Source of the DNA: Somniosus microcephalus
Lineage: Eukaryota
Assembly (NCBI GenBank): GCA_052327205.1
Contig: CM126221.1
Location: 75,454,001-75,518,000, forward strand
Direction: 5' to 3'
DNA: 64,000 nucleotides
Numbering within the stretch: position 1 is the first letter of the stretch; every line of letters starts with the position of its first letter. Under the pieces are notes generated by a model. It was given only the letters and a program-made list of their open reading frames with translations. It was not told the DNA's origin and searched no databases. Positions 12,463 through 24,196 of the stretch are shown in pieces. Made by a program: the position numbers and the translations under genes.

Positions 12463-13974
12463 TTGCCCAGCATCGACACACAATGCACTTTTCAGCTTAG
12501 AGCACAAGATAGCAATCGGGAGCTGCGTCCCTCAAATGGTTGCTTTAGACCCCCTCCACCACTCCTCCCTAACTCGGGGTCACTGATGTCAATTGGATTG
12601 TCTCCACTACCACACCTGTGGACATCAACCAACTTTGTACAAACCAGGCACTGAACCTGGTACTTTCCTTGTCTATATAACTTGGTCTATCGTTGCACTG
12701 TTGTATCTAAGTTGCTGCCCTGTATACATAGATCTAAATGTGTGAAGCTTGTATATCAGATTTTATGGTGATGGTTGTACAACCTGTGCAGCAATTCTGA
12801 GAGGAAAAAATGTTTAGAAACCAACAAATTTCCCTGACCAAGAGAACAATGGTTAGTCCAGACCAGGCCTCCGGTAGGGCTGCTGTTGTATAGATGAATC
12901 AAGAGGTACAGGATGAGCAGGAGACTGCACTGATTAATGATAAATAAAAAAACAGAACAGGCTGGAAATATTCAGCAGGTCAGGCAGCATCTGTGAAGAG
13001 AGAAACAGAGTTAACATTTCAGGTCGATTACTTTTCATTGATTAACTTGCCCTCTTTTTTTGTTTCCCTTCTGCTAAAGAATTGGCTCTCGTTTGCTTAA
13101 TACTTCCATTGCCATTGCGGTCAACTGCAATTGTAAACATCTCACGGGATTGCCGAAGGTGCAGCGTTCCAGTGCATCAACAGGTGCCACCAGGTCACCT
13201 ACCCCCCGAACTAAGGACTCTTCCTTGACCAGAAACCCCAGCTTACACGTGTTGGTTTTGCTTGGCCTTATTCTAGGCTTTACTGCTGGAAAGATTTTTA
13301 CGGGCCTCTCCTATTTCTTCAGTCCTTGCTGAGCTTGTTAGTGGTTCTTGTTTGTTTCTGACCTGTATTCCGATGAACACTTACCTGCTCACCTGACCCT
13401 TTTGCAGCCCTGCTGTTTTTGCAGAGCTCTAATAATACAAATCAACAGCATAAAATGTTGGTAGGAACTCTGTTCCATCACATGGCCATGATCCACACGG
13501 AGTGTGATGTTTGGAGTTCCTTGGAGATACTCTCGTCCCTCTCCGTAAAGCTGCCTTTGGAGCTCCGTAGTTGCTCCTTTCAAATAGTTCCTCTGTTGGA
13601 GAGGGAGCTTCAGGCACCAAGTGTTTTATGAAAGATGTGTGTATGTTTGCTATAACCTCTCCTTTGGCAGTGCCATCAGACCCGAATTTATGCTGCATTT
13701 TAGTTCCATACTGTTGGAATTTTGGAACCGATATGATTTGGGGGGAAAAAGTATTGCCCAAAGATGGTTATACTCCTGATCGGTTTTTAAATATCTGAGA
13801 ATGAATGAATGAAATATTTTGTTCCTTGAACACTAACCGTTTCAGACACCAATCATAGGGAGAGTGGCCTGATCTATGGTACAATGGGTCCGTAGGGTCT
13901 CCAAGCCATCCTAGATCTGCATTAAGGAATGACTGAATTCTAGTAGAATTAACTTTACAGATCAATGGATTTGG

Positions 13975-14398
13975 GTCGATTGGGCTTATACTCGCTGGAG
14001 TTTAGAAGAATGAGAGGGGATCTCATCGAAACTTATAAAATTCTAACAGGACTAGACAGACTAGATGCTGGAAGGATGTTCCCGATGGTCGGGGAGTCCA
14101 GAACCAGGGGTCACAGTCTAAGGATAAGGGGTAAGCCATTTAGGACAGAGATGAGGAGGAATTTCTTCACCCAGAGAGTGGTGAACCTGTGGAATTCTCT
14201 GCCAAAGAAGGCAGTAGAGGCCAATTCATTAAATATATTCAAGAAGGAGTTGGATATATTTCTTAAGGCTAAAGGGATCAAGGGATATGGGGAGAAGGCA
14301 GGAACAGGGTACTGAATTTGGATGATCAGCCATGATCTCATTGAATGGCGGAGCTTGCTCGAGGGGCCGAATGGCCTACTCCTGCTCCTATCTTCTAT
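13975..14398 (+). mobile_element. CR1 LINE 3' fragment
   Basis: LGLYSLEFRRMRGDLIETYKI...VVNLWNSLP plus CR1 3' UTR. Confidence 0.9.
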
Positions 14399-14549
14399 GG
14401 TGATTGCCAAAGTATAATGTTCATGTCGGAATGATGTAAAGCAATGAATTGATCCCTTATTTCATAAAGATGGTGCCAGCAACAAATGCTTTACACCAAA
14501 AATCCATACCCTTCATCAGATCCATGGGCCCACCCAAACAGTAGTGGAG

Positions 14550-15020
14550 CAGATTGGGTGACCGCTCTGCGGAACACCTCCGTTCAGTCCATAAAGGTGA
14601 CGCCGAGCTTCCGGTCGCCTGTCACTTTAATTCTCCGCTCCACTCCCTCTCTGACCTCTCTGTCCTCAGCCTCTTGCACTGTTCCAGCGAAGCTCAACAT
14701 AAGCTCGAGGAACAGCACCTCCTTTCGATTAGGCACTTTACAGCCTTCTGGACTCAACATCGAGTTCAACAATTTCAGACTATAACCTCGGCCCCTATTT
14801 TTTCACATGGCAGCCGTTGATGATTCTGTCATTTCCATTTACACCTCTTCTAGACTCATCTTTTGTTTCTTTACTTGTCCCATTAACATCTCCTTTTGCT
14901 TTGTACTATCATACCTTTTATCATTTAATCTCTCCTGCCTTCCACCCTGTCACAGACCTTCCCTTTTGTTCTTTCCTCCCCTCCCCCCTTTCCCTGCCCC
15001 TCCACTTGCTTAAAATGTGT
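14550..15020 (+). mobile_element. Penelope-like element 3' fragment (GIY-YIG C-terminus)
   Basis: LPVACHFNS...KLEEQHL..FRLGTLQPSGLNIEFNNF; related pieces at about 16190-16535, 39880-39965 and 54770-54990. Confidence 0.7.
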
Positions 15021-15024
15021 TCAT

Positions 15025-16165
15025 AGGATTACACAGGATATACGGCACAGAAACAGGCCATTCGGCCCAACCAGTCCATGCCGGTGTTTATGCTCCACTC
15101 GAGCCTCCTCCCGTCGTTCCTCATCTAACTCTATCAGCGTAACCCTCTATTCCCTTCTCCCTCATGGGCTTGTCCAGCCTCCCCTTAAATGCATCGATAC
15201 CATTCGCTTCAACCACTCCCTGTGGGAGCGAGTTCCACATTCTCACCACTCTCTGGGTAAAGAAGTTTCTTCTGAATTCCCTATTGGATTTCTTGGTGAC
15301 TATCTTATATTGATGGCCTCTAGTTATGCTCTTCCCCACAAGTGGAAACATTCTCTCTGTATCCACTCTATCAAAACCTTTCATAATTTTAAAGACCTCT
15401 ATTAGGTCGCCCCTCAGCCGCCTTTTTTCAAGAGAAAGGAGACCCAGCCTGTTCATCCTTTCCTGATATGTATACCCTCGCATTTCTGGTATCATCCTTG
15501 TAAATCTTCTCTGCACCCTCTCCAGTGCCTCTATATCCTTTTTATAATATGGTGACCAGAACTGTACGCAGTACTCCAAGTGTGGTCGAACCAAGGTTCG
15601 ATACAGGTTTAGCATAACTTCGCTACTTTTCAATTCTATCTCTCTAGAAATAAACCCTAGTGCTTGGTTTGATTTTTTTATGGCCTTGCTAACCTGTGTT
15701 GCTACTTTTAGTGATTTGTGAATTTGTACTCCGAGATCCCTTTGTTCCTCTACCCCACCTGGACTCGCACCCTCCAAGTGATAAGTGACCTCCCTATTCT
15801 TCCTACCAAAATGTAATACCTCACATTTAACTGTGTTGAACTTCATTTGCCAATTATATGCCCATTCTGCAAGTTTATTAATGTCCTGTAATTTGTTGCA
15901 GTCCTCCTCAGTATTGACTCTTCGCCCCGCCCCCACCCCCAATTTGGTATCATCCGCAAATTTAGAAATTGTGTTTTTGATTCCAAAGTCTAAATCGTTA
16001 ATATAAATTGTGAACAACAGTGGTCCCAGCCCTGATCCTTGTGGGACACCACTACCCACCTTCTGCCCCTGTGAATAGTTACCCTTTACCCCACTCTCTG
16101 CTTTCCATCTTGAAGCCAACTAGCTATCCATTCTGCTACTTGTCCCCTGGCTCCACATCCTCAAG
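15025..16165 (-). mobile_element. CR1 LINE RT 3' fragment
   Basis: ORF 15121-16119: GVPQGS.LGPLLF, FADD, RPHLEYCVQFWSP. Confidence 0.92.
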
Positions 16166-16927
16166 TAGTTGTCGCTCATTCTGCCAGTGCCATTTGCACT
16201 TCATCTGGAGCCATCTTTTGTTTTTTAACTTGTCCCATTACCATCTTCTTTTGCCTCGCACCATCATCCCTTTTGTCTCTTAATCTCTCCTGCCTTCCAT
16301 CCTATCACAGACCTTCCCTTTTTGTTCTTTCCTCCCCTCCCCCCTTTCCCTGCCCCGACACTTGCTTAAAAACCAGTTCCATCTCCAGCTTTTTCCAGTT
16401 CTGACGAAGGGTCATCGACCTGAAACGTTAACTCTGTTTCTCTCTCCACAGATGCTGCCTGACCTGCTGAGTATTTCCAGCATTATCTGTTTTTATTTCA
16501 GATTTCCAGCATCCGCAGTATTTTGCTTTTGTATTTTTGTAGTAGTGGAGCTTCGCTAAGAGCCAGAAACTTGTGGTTTCTTGCTGCAGCGAGAGGCTGT
16601 TCTAATGGGAACGCCTCAGCCTTAGTCAGATTTTTTTTTAATAAAGGCTACAGACAAATCTGAGAGATGACAGTACCAGGCCTTTGAGAGTCTTTCCAGG
16701 TGTGAATTCCCTGCACAGCAGGCCTGCAAGAGCTGGAATATTGTTTCTCCCGAGTGAATGAAAAGTATAGACTGCTCATCCATCCATCCTAGGAGCTGTT
16801 TTTTGGGGCCAGTAGTATATCATGTGGTGCCGACTGTTAAATGGTTAATTGCAGTTGGCTGTCGTGTTTTTATTTGTCAATGCAAACTTGCTTGGCTGAA
16901 AAATGATCATCAATACAAACAAAATAA

Positions 16928-17395
16928 ATCATAGAATCATCGGAATTTACGGACAGGAGGAGGCCATTCGGCCCATCATGTCTGTGCCGGCCGACAAAGA
17001 GCTCTCCAGCCTAATCCCCACTTTCCAGCTCTTGGTCCGTAGCCCTGTAGGTTCCGGCACTTCAAGTGCATATCCAAGTACTTTTTAAATGTGATGAGGG
17101 TTTCTGCCTCTACCACCCTTTCAGGCAGTGAGTTCCAGACCCTCACCACCCTCTGGGTGAAAAAGGTTCTCCTCAACTCCCATCTGATCCTTCTACCAAG
17201 AAAACAACCCCAGCCTATCCAATCTTTCCTCATAGCTGAAATCCTCCAGTCCTGGCAATATCCTCGTAAATCTCCTCTGCACCCTCTCTAGTGCAATCAC
17301 ATATTTCCTGCAATGTGGTGACCAGAACTGTACGCAGTACTCTGGCTGCGGCCTAACTAGTGTTTTAGGCAGCTCTAGCATTACCTCTCCCCCTT
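16928..17395 (-). mobile_element. CR1 LINE 3' fragment
   Basis: LVRPQPEYCVQFWSP; VWNSLPERVVEAETL; internal deletion. Confidence 0.85.
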
Positions 17396-17559
17396 CAAGC
17401 ATGATCATCAATACAAACAGAATAAGTACAACTAGCAGGCCATGGAAAAGGAGCAATCCAACAGGAAGATTGGCCACCCAGAGCCTATCATCCTGGAGCA
17501 AGTTTAGTGCCTCAGGCACTACACCAACTCCTTTATAAAAAAAAAAGCAAGCCATTAAT

Positions 17560-17790
17560 TAGTCCAGGCAGCGGGCGGTCGAGGGGGTCGTTCAGCCAGA
17601 TTGCCTGCCTCTCTTCCGCGGCCATGTTCGCGCCCGGGTGGCCCTGGAGATGGAGCACGCGGTGTCCACCGGCACACTTCCGCGACCGGTGGGCGCTGCG
17701 GGGACTGGAGTGCATCATCAACCCGGACAATCAAATTTTAATTTAATTTGTTTAAGTTTCATTTGAAGTTTGTTTAATTTACAGTCAAAT
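17560..17790 (+). mobile_element. Tx1/L1-clade LINE 3' fragment
   Basis: Translates as SRQRAVEGVVQPDCLPLFRGHVRARVALEMEHAVSTGTL..RDRWA..GLECII, resembling Tx1 ORF2 C-termini. Confidence 0.6.
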
Positions 17791-18112
17791 TTGTTTAAGT
17801 ACCCAACAAGAAGAGTACACCAACTCCTAAACCGTGGCTATCCAGCACTGATTATAATTCCTACATCTCCAGCTTTAGTCTTTCAGTCCAGGGCAGAGTT
17901 TCACCACAGGTGTGTGCACATTACCTGTGATTTAAGGGATGTGCTGCATTCCCGACTGCCAATTGATGAAATCTTTTAACTTGTTATCACTAAACAGTCC
18001 TTTACAAGCAATTGGAGTAATGAATTATATTCGAAACCAGGACGTGAACTTCTAAAAGGAGCGGTGTATTCTCGTAAATCATTTAATACGCCTAAATGTT
18101 AAACAGCAGTAA

Positions 18113-18542
18113 AAAGAAAAAAGACTTGCATTTATATAGCACCTTGCATGACCTCGGATGTCCTAAGCGCTTTATAGCCAATGAAGTACTTTTTCATATA
18201 TGCGCACAGCAAGCTCCCACAACAGCAATGTGATAATGACCAGATAATCTGTGTTTAGTGGTGTTGATTGAGGGATAAATATTGGCCAGGACACCGGGGA
18301 TAACTCCCCTGCTCTTCTTCAAAATAGTGCCATGGGATCTTTTACATCCACCTGAGAGAGCAGACGGGGCCTCGGTTTAATGTCTCATCCAAAAGACGAC
18401 ACCTCTGACAGTGCGGCACTCCCTCAGTACTGCGCTGGAGTGTCGGCCTGGATTTTTGTGCTCGAGTCCCTGGAGTGGGACTTGAACCCACAACCTTCTG
18501 ACTCCGAGGTGAGGGTGCTGCCCACTGAGCCACGGCTGACAC
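18113..18542 (-). mobile_element. DeuSINE (SacSINE1-like)
   Basis: Reverse complement of the SINE seen elsewhere in the window. Confidence 0.85.
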
Positions 18543-18654
18543 CTGTACTTTTTAGTGTTTTTTTTAAGGGCCAGTTATTGTAAAGTTACCAGTCTTGCTG
18601 TGGCGCCCAAGTTATATTACTACTTTTGTGCCAATACACACCTAAACCACCTTC

Positions 18655-19445
18655 AACAACAACTTGTATTTATATAGCGCCTTTAACGTAGTATAACATC
18701 CCAAGGCACTTCACAGGAGCGATTATCAAACAAAATTTGACACCGAGCCACATGAGCTGTTCGTTCAGATGACCAAAAGCTTGGTCAAAGCGGTCGGTTT
18801 TAAGGAGCGTCTTAAAGGAGGAAAGAGAGGCGGAGAGGTTTAGGGAGGGAATTCCAGAGCTTAGGGTCTTGGCAGCTGAAGGCCCGATTAAAATCAGGGA
18901 TGCTCAAGAGGCCAGCATTGGAGGAGTGCAGATATCTCGGCGGGTTGTGGGGCTGGAGGAGATTACAGAGATAGGGAGGGGCGAGGCCATGGAGGGATTT
19001 GAAAACGAGGATGAGAATTTTAAAATTAGCGCGTTGCTTAACCGGGAGCCAGTGTAGGTCAGCGAGCACAGGGGTGATGGGTGAACGGGACTTGGTGCGA
19101 GTTAGGACACGGGCAGCCGAGTTTTGGATGACCTCAAGTTTACGTAGGGTGGAATGTGGGAGGCCAGACAGGAGTGTGTTGGAATAGTCAAGTCTAGAGG
19201 TAACAAAGGCATGGACGAGGGTTTCAGCAGCGGATGAGCTGAGGCAAGGGTGGAGACGGGCGATGTTACGGAGGTGGAAATAGACAGTCTTGGTGATGGC
19301 GCAGATATGTGGTCGGAAGCTCATCTCGGGGTCAAATATGACACCAAGGTTGTGAACAGTGTGGTTCAGCCTCGGACAGATGCCAGGGAGAGGGATGGAG
19401 TCGGTGGCTAGGGAACAGAGTTTGTAGTGAGGACCAAAGACAATG
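18655..19445 (-). mobile_element. L2 LINE 3' fragment
   Basis: ORF 18812-19324: FHLRNIARL..LVHAFVTSRLDYSN..QNSAARVLT..LHWLPV. Confidence 0.9.
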
Positions 19446-20027
19446 GCTGCTCATCAATGTAAAGAGTGATGTTAGTGGTCCACAGTTCATTCCTTAAAAC
19501 TGCCAGTGTAGGTGGGTGTGGAAACACCGTGTGGCATCATGAGGTATGCTCCAGTATTGTTAACTCTGCTTCTCATTGTGATATGATCAGATGTTCTTCC
19601 ACACAAAAAGGCTGATCCCAACTATCTATTAGTTTAAGTTTAAAACATGCAAAAGGCAACTGAGAGCCTTTGTTATATAAACAATGCCCTTTATAACAGA
19701 TAGGAGTTGTGGCGCAATTCTGTGCAATTACACTTTCCCTTTAATTTGACAATCAAACTGTTTCCAAATGGATTATATGCCCAATAGCAGTCACGTGTGA
19801 GGTTGTTCCTGTTTGTGTTCCTTCTACAGGTTGTAGTGTCGGTTAATACAGGATAAGTAAAGTAAACAATGAGTTAAAACAGTGCAAACCATCGCTCTCC
19901 AACCAGGCCTAAAAGATGAGGCAGCTCGGGCTCATTTGCGTCTAATTGTTATTTGCTGGTTTGTTCTGTTTGAATGTCTTGTCTCGGTTGAGTCAGCATA
20001 TGCAGTCTAGCTATAACTCCGCCAGCT

Positions 20028-20335
20028 TGTGATAATGACCAGGTAATCTGTTTTTGTGATGTGGATTGAGGGAGAAATATTGGCCCCAGGACACCGGGGA
20101 GAGCTCCCCTGCTCTTCTTCGAAATAGTGCAATGGGATCTTTTACATCCACCCGAGAGAGCAGATGGGGCCTCGGTTTAACGTCTCATCTGAAAGATGAC
20201 ACCTCTGACAGCGCGGCACTCCCTCAGCACTGCACTGGAGTGTCAGCCTAGATTTTTGTGCTCAAATCTCTGGAGAGGGACTTGAACCCACAACCTCCTG
20301 ACTCAGTCGAGAGAGAGTGTGCTACACACTGAGCT
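20028..20335 (-). mobile_element. DeuSINE fragment
   Basis: Head and Deu core on minus strand. Confidence 0.8.
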
Positions 20336-20544
20336 GAAACCTAATTTGTGGCACTGCAGCAATGGACTGGGCTCCTTTAAAGTGCTTGAGGGATAAAACA
20401 TCAAGCCCTGTTGGTATCAGCAACCTGAGATGTATGTAAATTACTGAGAACCTCAATGTAACTTTTAAATGTGACTGTTCAGGATAGTGTCCACTCTGAG
20501 AGTCGGCCGTGGGGGAGCTACAGACTGTAAGTGGAAAAAGGCAG

Positions 20545-21255
20545 GTCAGGGGAGAGGAGGATAGGAGTCAGGGGTCGGGGGAGAGGAGGATGGGGGTTAA
20601 GGAGCGAAGGATGGGGTCAGGGGTCAGGAGAGGAGGATGGGGGTCAGGGGAGAGGAGGATGGGGTCAGGGGAGAGGAGGATGGGGGTCAGGGGAGAGGAG
20701 GATGGGGTCAGGGGAGAGGAGGATGGGGGTCAGGGGAGAGGAGGATGGGGGTCAGGGGAGAGGAGGATGGGGGTCAGGGGAGAGGAGGATGGGGGTCAGG
20801 GGAGAGGAGGATGGGGGTCAGGGGAGAGGAGGATGGGGGTCAGGGGAGAGGAGGATGGGGGTCAGGGGAGAGGAGGATGGGGGTCAGGGGAGAGGAGGAT
20901 GGGGGTCAGGGGAGAGGAGGATGGGGGTCAGGGGAGAGGAGGATGGGGGTCAGGGAGAGAGGAGGATGGGGGTCGGGAGAGAGGAGGATGGGGGTCGGGG
21001 GAGAGGAGGATGGGGGTCGGGGGAGAGGAGGATGGGGGTCGGGGGAGAGGAGGATGGGGGTCGGGGGAGAGGAGGATGGGGTCAGGGGAGAGGAGGATGG
21101 GGTCAGGGGAGAGGAGGATGGGGTCGGGAGAGGAGGATGGGGTCAGGGGAGAGGAGGATGGGGTCAGGGGAGAGGAGGATGGGGGTCAGGGGAGAGGAGG
21201 ATGATGGGGGTCAGGAGAGAGGAGGATGGGGGTCAGGGGAGAGGAGGATGGGGTA
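20545..21255. repeat. G-rich 21-22-bp minisatellite (about 32 copies)
   Basis: Unit gggggtcaggggagaggaggat; the three overlapping G/E/R-rich ORFs are by-products. Confidence 0.95.
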
Positions 21256-21421
21256 GAATCATAGAAAGTTACAGCACGGAAGGAGGCCATTTTGGCCCAT
21301 CGTGTCCACGCCGGCCAACAAAGAGCTATCCAGCCTAATCCCACTTCCCAGCTCTTGGTCCGTAGCCCTGCAGGTTACAGCTTCCCAAGTGCACATCCAA
21401 GTACTTTTAAACTGTGGTTAG

Positions 21422-21678
21422 TGTAAAGTCTGTGTGTTGTATAGCGAATTAATACACAGACTACAAGAGTAAACTTTAACAGGACTTTACTATTCGAAGG
21501 TCAGGGCGAATCTGCCCAATCACTCATTACACAGCACTTATATACCGGTGTGGTCACCACCGGTATTACAGTATACAGCAGCCAAAATAAAGTAGTGCAA
21601 CACCTAAAATAGTTCTCTTAAAGGTGGACGGTTACATACAATAGTTCTCTTAAAGGTAGAACGGTTACATACACAACA
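21422..21678 (-). repeat. 3' LTR of outer element
   Basis: TG..CA ends; adjacent PPT aaaaagggaggat on minus strand. Confidence 0.95.
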
Positions 21679-21744
21679 ATCCTCCCTTTTTAGCTTACAA
21701 CATACTTATTCCCCATTAAACATAACATATATCCAACTTCATGT

Positions 21745-21861
21745 AAAACAGTTCACAGATGTAGTCTCTGTGGAAAACAGTTCACAGATTCAGTCTCTGC
21801 GGGAAAACAGTTCACAGATTCAGTCTCTGCGGAAACAGTTCACAGATTCAGTCTCTGTGGA
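21745..21861. repeat. Approx. 30-bp tandem repeat (4 copies) in the outer element 3' region
   Basis: aaaacagttcacagattcagtctctg(c/t)gg repeated. Confidence 0.9.
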
Positions 21862-22127
21862 GGCGTCTCCTGTGCTTCCTGACTCGGTCCGGACAACGCC
21901 TCGGTGTTGTAACAGTTCCCTGTGGTGTAGTCGGTTCACGTTGCTGGAGTGACTCATCCAATAGTCCTTCAATGGACTTAACAGCTTGAACTTCCGTCAC
22001 TTCTGAACCAGCATTGCTGACTTCTAAAAGCTTGAGTACCTTGGAAAGTTTTTCTACTTCCGAACTGATTTGGCTCCGTTCGGAGGGACCACGTGTGTGA
22101 TCTGGCAGGTGATAATGGTTCAGATGG

Positions 22128-23879
22128 TCATCTTCTGCTTCGTCTTTTCCTTTTCTGCTTCTTGGAGACTCTCTGGGCTCCACTGTCAGCTGCCAGCTGC
22201 ATGCACATTTCCTCCTCTTCCTCCTTTTTCCGTAGTAGCGCCACCATCTCCCGGTGTTCCTTAGACTTTTTGTGATTCTTCATGGTTTCTGCACTTTGGG
22301 AGTTTTCATCACAAGCTGGGCAGAACAGGTCATCGTAATATTCGGTGTCGTCCAACAGGTCATGGTAATATTCGGTGTCGTCCTGAGCTAGGCCAGTGAG
22401 AGGGTCTTCTATTTCCTCCATACCCAGCTGGATGTTAGCCAGCTTTTGTTCCAAATCCAGACATTTTTCCTGAAGAGACTTCTTCATGTGTTCAGCTTCA
22501 TCCAGCTTTTTCTGGGCTTTCTGCAAGTCTTTTACTAATGACCTCATTTGTGATTTCAATACTTCAACTTCATTCGGAGATTGATTGATCGGACTATTCA
22601 ATCCCTCTACTGGAGCAGCTGTTTCAGCCTTCTGTTGTTCTACATTGACGTGAGTCAGCGTACTTTTGGCATCCACGGGCTGCTCTGCTGCAGTCTTCTC
22701 AGTCTGTGTTGTCACCTCAGCTATTTCAATAACTTTTGAGAGCTCCGAAACCCTTTCCTTTGAAGATTGAAGCTCGTGTTCAAGTTTTTCCCATTTCAGA
22801 GTCTTGTCCCTCAGCATATGAAGGAGTTGACTGACCGTTAACCCTTCTGACATCAGACGTTTCCCAGTATCGTCATCCTGTGTTTTTGACGGATAGGCTA
22901 CAGGGCTGTTGGTAACCTTGCACTGGGGTCCCTTTGCTGCTTCTAATTCTCCATCATCTGCAGCCTCCACCATTCGAATTTCAACAAATGAATCGTTCGG
23001 TGGTGCTGCACCCAACTTCAGTAGGAGCTCGGAATTCATGGCAACCAAATCAGCCTTTTCTGCCTGCAACCTGCTAACAAGCGCCTTCAGTTGCTGAACA
23101 TCTTGCTCCACCAGATTAGGGCACGCCCCTTCAGAACCCGAATCAGCTTTGATTCGTTTGGCCTCCTCGCGCAGACGGTTTGTGTGCTCCTGCTCCATTT
23201 TCTCCATCAGCTGCTTCTGTTGTCTTTCCAGATTCTCCCACTCTGTATCAAAGAACTTTTTCGTTGCATTCATCTCTTGCTCAAGACGGCGAATCATTTG
23301 TTCTAATTGTTGTTGTAGTTTGAATTGGAGTTGAGTTCGAGCCCGGTGTTCCTCAGAAGTGTGCATGTCTGTAGGCTGGACAGACTCAGAATTCTCTGTC
23401 AAACTATGTTGTTGTTGCTCAGTGGAATTCTGTTCTGAAACTTTGTTCTCCTCTAAAGCATAAGCATTTATGCACTCCTTCGTTTTTCCAACATTAGTCT
23501 GCAAGTCCATTTTAGCCTTGTCTTTTGCACATGGGTTGGTCTTACCATCATCAGTTCCAGAGTCTGGGCTGATTATCTTCACCGAGTTCTCACTCTTTAT
23601 GGTTTTTAGGAAGTGCCAGTCCATATTTATTTTCCTGATCCACTCCCGTCCCAGAAGTGGCGGACCCCCCTCAGGCAGTACATATAAGTCCATTCCTTGG
23701 TGTTCTTTGCCCTTGTCTCTCACCTTGACTTTTATCTTTCCGATGGGGTATACTCTTCGCCCCGTGTATGTCTGCAATACAATCTTGGTATCTCTCAAGG
23801 GAATATGTGAGAATAGCCTCTTGTAGTCCTTTCGGTTTATGACTGTTAGGGCTGATCCTGTGTCCAATTCCATTTTCAC
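22128..23879 (-). CDS. Chimeric ORF: retroviral-type aspartic protease fused to STK10/SLK-, optineurin- and DNAJC21-derived segments
   Basis: aa 1-90 protease (LDTGSA..LLGREW); aa 176-245 [37 protein letters not shown] (STK10/SLK PKK region); aa about 246-488 [31 protein letters not shown] (OPTN); aa about 500-579 [32 protein letters not shown] (DNAJC21). No stops over 583 codons. Confidence 0.9.
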   Translation of the reverse strand: MKMELDTGSALTVINRKDYKRLFSHIPLRDTKIVLQTYTGRRVYPIGKIKVKVRDKGKEHQGMDLYVLPEGGPPLLGREWIRKINMDWHFLKTIKSENSVKIISPDSGTDDGKTNPCAKDKAKMDLQTNVGKTKECINAYALEENKVSEQNSTEQQQHSLTENSESVQPTDMHTSEEHRARTQLQFKLQQQLEQMIRRLEQEMNATKKFFDTEWENLERQQKQLMEKMEQEHTNRLREEAKRIKADSGSEGACPNLVEQDVQQLKALVSRLQAEKADLVAMNSELLLKLGAAPPNDSFVEIRMVEAADDGELEAAKGPQCKVTNSPVAYPSKTQDDDTGKRLMSEGLTVSQLLHMLRDKTLKWEKLEHELQSSKERVSELSKVIEIAEVTTQTEKTAAEQPVDAKSTLTHVNVEQQKAETAAPVEGLNSPINQSPNEVEVLKSQMRSLVKDLQKAQKKLDEAEHMKKSLQEKCLDLEQKLANIQLGMEEIEDPLTGLAQDDTEYYHDLLDDTEYYDDLFCPACDENSQSAETMKNHKKSKEHREMVALLRKKEEEEEMCMQLAADSGAQRVSKKQKRKRRSRR

Positions 23880-24196
23880 TTGGACTCCGGCTATTTTGAG
23901 TGTGACCCAGATAATTTGTAGGTCAACTTCCTGATGCGCTCATAAAAGACTGAGTTAAGAGAGTAACTAAAGGCTTTTATTAGCAAAGAACAGAGCATGC
24001 CTCTCGTGGTTGACTGGGTTCCAAGAAGGCAGGGGGCTGCAGGTCAATCACCTTTATACCTGGGCCTGTGTGGGTGGAGCCAGCCGAGACATGTTGAGGC
24101 ATGCATAGGTACAACAGTGTGTAACAACAACAACAACAACAGTGGTTTACCACATTCACCCCTTGTTTAAAATTGAGTCCGGCAGGGTGAAGTGTA

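Noticed and set aside
20509-21338. Three overlapping 231-241-aa G/E/R-rich ORFs
   Set aside because: Translations of a 22-bp minisatellite that is open in all frames.
22128-23590. Env-like third ORF
   Set aside because: No signal peptide, furin site with fusion peptide, or transmembrane segment; it is in frame with the protease.
22128-23879. Genuine host OPTN, STK10 or DNAJC21 gene, or an ordinary processed pseudogene
   Set aside because: Partial, intron-less, fused to a retro-protease, bounded by LTRs with a TSD, and no poly(A) tail.
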